Shown here one piece after another: positions 61,252-64,000 of a DNA stretch of 64,000 bases. Location of the stretch: the NCBI GenBank assembly GCA_964598845.1, contig CAZRDM010000010.1:9431-73430 (forward strand), read 5' to 3'. Within the stretch, counting starts at the first letter, position 1. Every line of letters starts with the position of its first letter. The position numbers were made by a program, and so were the translations under genes. The stretch comes from an uncultured Candidatus Bathyarchaeia archaeon (GTDB lineage: Archaea; Thermoproteota; Bathyarchaeia; 40CM-2-53-6). The notes below the pieces were generated by a model. The model ran no database searches. It was not told where the DNA came from and saw only the letters and a program-made list of their open reading frames with translations.

Positions 61252-64000
61252 ATGACCTACTTGAGCATCGGAACCCCTCCACCAACATCTTCTTTGATCC
61301 TTATCCTTGCTCTAGTCTTATCGGCATCCTTCACACAGAATGTGAATGCTGCGCCGTTCTTCGACGCGAAAGTTTTGCTGACGTTGAAGGCAGACCCCGC
61401 TCTCCGAACGACACTTGAACAAACGGCAACCCACGCTGATTCTGAAGTAAGAGTCATGCTGGTCTTTTCTCAACCGCTGTCAACTGAACAGGTGAGGAAT
61501 CTATACTCCTTGGGAACCATCGGGACTCTAACGACTCACGTCGCTTCGATGCATTTGCCTCGAACGGCATTACCGCAACTCGCCTCTCTGGACTTCGTCG
61601 AACGCATTTCACTCCCGAAAACATTGGAATCCCGACTGGATGCCAGTGTGCCTGAGATACTCGCTGACGAGGTGTGGGAAACGGCAAGGGACTATGAGGG
61701 TAACCCTGTGGATGGTACTGGAGTTGTGATAGGGATTGTCGACAGCGGTATAGACTACCTACACAAGGATTTCTACTTCAAGAACGGTACCAGCAAAATA
61801 CTCTCCATCTGGGACCAGTCGGTCACTGGCAAAGCGCCTAGTGGGTTCGATTATGGGAACGAATGTACAAGACTGGACATACAGATCAAAGCGTGCAGCG
61901 AGTCCGACGGAGTTACAAATCGGCTGGAAAGGGGGCATGGAACAGCGGTCGCCGCGGTTGTGGCTAGTACTGGTCAAGCAACGACTCTTCTCGGTAGCTG
62001 CCTGCGCTATGACGGAGAAAAGTGGCACAATGACACCGCGAGATGTCAGGACCGCGACAGAACCCCTTTCCTACTCCTCAATGCTTCTATTGACTTTCGC
62101 TATTTTGGAGCCCACGAAGAGTTCAACACATTGTACTTCGAATTCGCGGCGAAGGGCGTTTATGGTCCACTCAAATGGGAATATTCTACGGGGTCTGGTT
62201 CTTGGAGGCATCTCACAATAGACTCAGATGGAACAGCGGCATTCGATCACAATGGAACAGTAGTTTTCACACCGCCTATCGACTGGGCGCCAGACACGGT
62301 GAACGGTGATGCAAACGCGTATTGGCTTCGCTTGAGGACCAATACCGTCAGTAGACCTGCATCAGTCTATCGAGTCCAAGAAAGCCCACCTTATATCGGC
62401 GTCGCTCCGGGTGCCTCGATCATTGCGGTAAAACTCATCGACGGAAGTGAAGACCACGTTCTTGACGGTATGAGCTACGTGGTAGAAAAAGCTCGTGAAC
62501 TTGGACGCCCGCTCGTAATCGATCATAGCTTAGGTGACGCCTTAGGTTCCCATGACGGAACGGAAACATTAGAGCTTGCCTTCGCAGACTTCGCTGAGGA
62601 CGGGATACCGATTGTTGTCGCCGCCGGAAACTCGCGAAACAAGAATCTGCATGTAAGTGGGAAACTCTCACCTGCACAGTCCGTAACAGTCTCTTGGAAC
62701 ATGTATGAGAATGAGAGTCAGAATTACATTGACATCTGGTATTCGGTTTCTAGTATCTTCGCAATCTCGGTTAGGACGCCGAGCGGCAGAACTGTCTCGG
62801 GTCCAACACCTGATTCAGGGATCAGTACAGAGGACGGGAGTGTCATAATCATACCTGACGAGCGCCCCACGGGGAAAGAGTGGTGGATCAATGTTACGTC
62901 TCTTGGCGGGAAGCCCCTCCAGACGAACCCTTGGTCATTTACACTAACCGGCGTGACCGTCTCGGACGGGACGTGGGACGCTTGGAGCGAGCCTGGTAAT
63001 TTCACTGCTAATGCTGACAGCCTTCTCGCAAAACGCTACATTATCGATCCATCAAATACCATCGACACTCCGGGCGCAGCCAAAGGGGTGATAACTGTAG
63101 GCGCCTACATGACGAAGTACCGCTGGAGGTCCGGGTGTAGCATTTGCATAACGCATTCGCAAGATGTGGGTTTACGTGGAATCTGGTGGAGCCCCTACGC
63201 ACCCGGAGTTGGCAATCTAACCTACTCAAGCAGCATGGGACCGACCAGAGACGGCAGAATGAAGCCAGACATTGTGGCCCCCGGCGCTAACATCGCCACG
63301 GCTAGGGCAATAACAAGACCTCAAAGATTTTCCGACCCAGACAATTATCACCAAATTTGGCGTGGAACAAGTTTCTCGGCTCCGCATGTGACCGGTGTGA
63401 TCGCCCTCATGCTCCAGATGAACCCTCACCTTAGTCCAAGCGAAATCAGAGCTACCCTGACCGCGGATGCAAGACAAGACAGTTTCACGGGCCAAATCGA
63501 CAAGCAAAACGGATCACCGCTCTGGGGTTGGGGAAAGGTGAACGCACTGAAATCAACCCAGGACGCCCCGGAACTCTATTCCATTAGGCTGGAAATTGCC
63601 TCGATTGGTCGAGACCTTCCCGTCAATCTTACTCTTGATGGTCAACTTCTCCTTACGACATGGCTCAACCAAACCCACGTTCATATTCTTGAATTTCGTC
63701 GAGACGGAAACCATACGATCGCACTAACGCCTGTGATCTCCATAGGGAATGGAACACGGTATGCAGTAAGCGGGACTCCGTGGACGTTCTCTTCAGGTGG
63801 AATCAGAACGTATCGATATCGGCTGCAGTACTTCTTGCGCGTTGTCTCTGAGTATGGTTACGCAACAGGGACAGGTTGGTACGACGCGAACTCAACAGCT
63901 ATCGTCAGTGTGATTCCTTCCTCGGTGCCGGGCTACCGATTTGCGGGATGGTCGGGGTCGACCAACTCTAATTCGACCACGATAGATTTGACCATGAACT
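61252..64000 (+). CDS. Secreted subtilisin-like (S8) serine peptidase with a large insertion and C-terminal repeat domains (3' end beyond the window)
   Basis: This ORF is not in the track because it has no stop in the window. My translation gives a signal peptide (LILILALVLSASF), the catalytic Asp in IVDSGID, His in HGTAVA, AAGNS, and Ser in GTSFSAPHVTG. It ends with YRFAGWSGS-type repeat modules. The frame is open from 61252 to 63999. Confidence 0.9.
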   Translation, partial: MTYLSIGTPPPTSSLILILALVLSASFTQNVNAAPFFDAKVLLTLKADPALRTTLEQTATHADSEVRVMLVFSQPLSTEQVRNLYSLGTIGTLTTHVASMHLPRTALPQLASLDFVERISLPKTLESRLDASVPEILADEVWETARDYEGNPVDGTGVVIGIVDSGIDYLHKDFYFKNGTSKILSIWDQSVTGKAPSGFDYGNECTRLDIQIKACSESDGVTNRLERGHGTAVAAVVASTGQATTLLGSCLRYDGEKWHNDTARCQDRDRTPFLLLNASIDFRYFGAHEEFNTLYFEFAAKGVYGPLKWEYSTGSGSWRHLTIDSDGTAAFDHNGTVVFTPPIDWAPDTVNGDANAYWLRLRTNTVSRPASVYRVQESPPYIGVAPGASIIAVKLIDGSEDHVLDGMSYVVEKARELGRPLVIDHSLGDALGSHDGTETLELAFADFAEDGIPIVVAAGNSRNKNLHVSGKLSPAQSVTVSWNMYENESQNYIDIWYSVSSIFAISVRTPSGRTVSGPTPDSGISTEDGSVIIIPDERPTGKEWWINVTSLGGKPLQTNPWSFTLTGVTVSDGTWDAWSEPGNFTANADSLLAKRYIIDPSNTIDTPGAAKGVITVGAYMTKYRWRSGCSICITHSQDVGLRGIWWSPYAPGVGNLTYSSSMGPTRDGRMKPDIVAPGANIATARAITRPQRFSDPDNYHQIWRGTSFSAPHVTGVIALMLQMNPHLSPSEIRATLTADARQDSFTGQIDKQNGSPLWGWGKVNALKSTQDAPELYSIRLEIASIGRDLPVNLTLDGQLLLTTWLNQTHVHILEFRRDGNHTIALTPVISIGNGTRYAVSGTPWTFSSGGIRTYRYRLQYFLRVVSEYGYATGTGWYDANSTAIVSVIPSSVPGYRFAGWSGSTNSNSTTIDLTMN

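Noticed and set aside
1-64000. Search for CRISPR arrays, rRNA genes, transposases, integrases or known defence genes.
   Set aside because: I saw no regularly spaced direct repeats of 25-40 nt, no rRNA-like segments, and no DDE, tyrosine/serine recombinase or Cas-like translations in any frame.

Overview
The window is an archaeal chromosomal segment. Supporting markers are a two-repeat TATA-binding protein, ribosomal protein eL38, A/V-type ATPase A-B-D, an intron-containing tRNA-Val, geranylgeranyl-reductase and Tes-like radical-SAM lipid genes, AMP phosphorylase, NAC, and a SAMP/MoaD-type Ubl with a JAMM protease. eL38 and the overall gene set suggest a TACK-type (Bathyarchaeia-like) lineage, but I cannot verify that without a database. 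I call about 60 protein genes, one tRNA and two decayed or interrupted genes. I saw no rRNA, CRISPR array, transposase or clear integrase. Most of the content is housekeeping: central carbon metabolism (ppsA, GAPDH-like, mdh), nucleotide metabolism (guaA, AMP phosphorylase), cofactor genes (moaE, larB/larE, IscA), TldD/PmbA, a PAS/GAF histidine kinase with a receiver protein, and peptidases. I did not find a clearly delimited novel multi-gene system, and all functional calls rest on motif recognition by eye. The least ordinary observations are these. (1) A minus-strand block at 10.2-19.3 kb encodes secreted or anchored proteins. It holds two tandem paralogues of about 860 aa, each with 14 Ycf48/BNR-like propeller blades, separated by a small RHH gene. 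It also holds a PKD protein and a membrane-anchored metzincin-like protease. The two paralogues and the PKD protein share an IP[GE][FY]P + TM + Arg-rich C-terminal sorting-type signal. (2) Two highly conserved genes, TBP and AMP phosphorylase, have conserved N-termini encoded upstream of any in-frame ATG/GTG/TTG. Each has a Shine-Dalgarno-like GGTG element 5-7 nt upstream of an in-frame CTG. (3) A ribbon-helix-helix domain is fused to a sugar-phosphate nucleotidyltransferase. (4) A Tes-like radical SAM gene sits next to an extended GGR paralogue. (5) An Fe-S-type LarE is convergent with a MoaD/SAMP-like Ubl. (6) An IscA gene is interrupted by a 1-nt frameshift, and a glycosyltransferase is reduced to a relic. 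A long S8 protease ORF (61252 to the window end) and a 45-aa zinc-ribbon gene are absent from the supplied ORF track.
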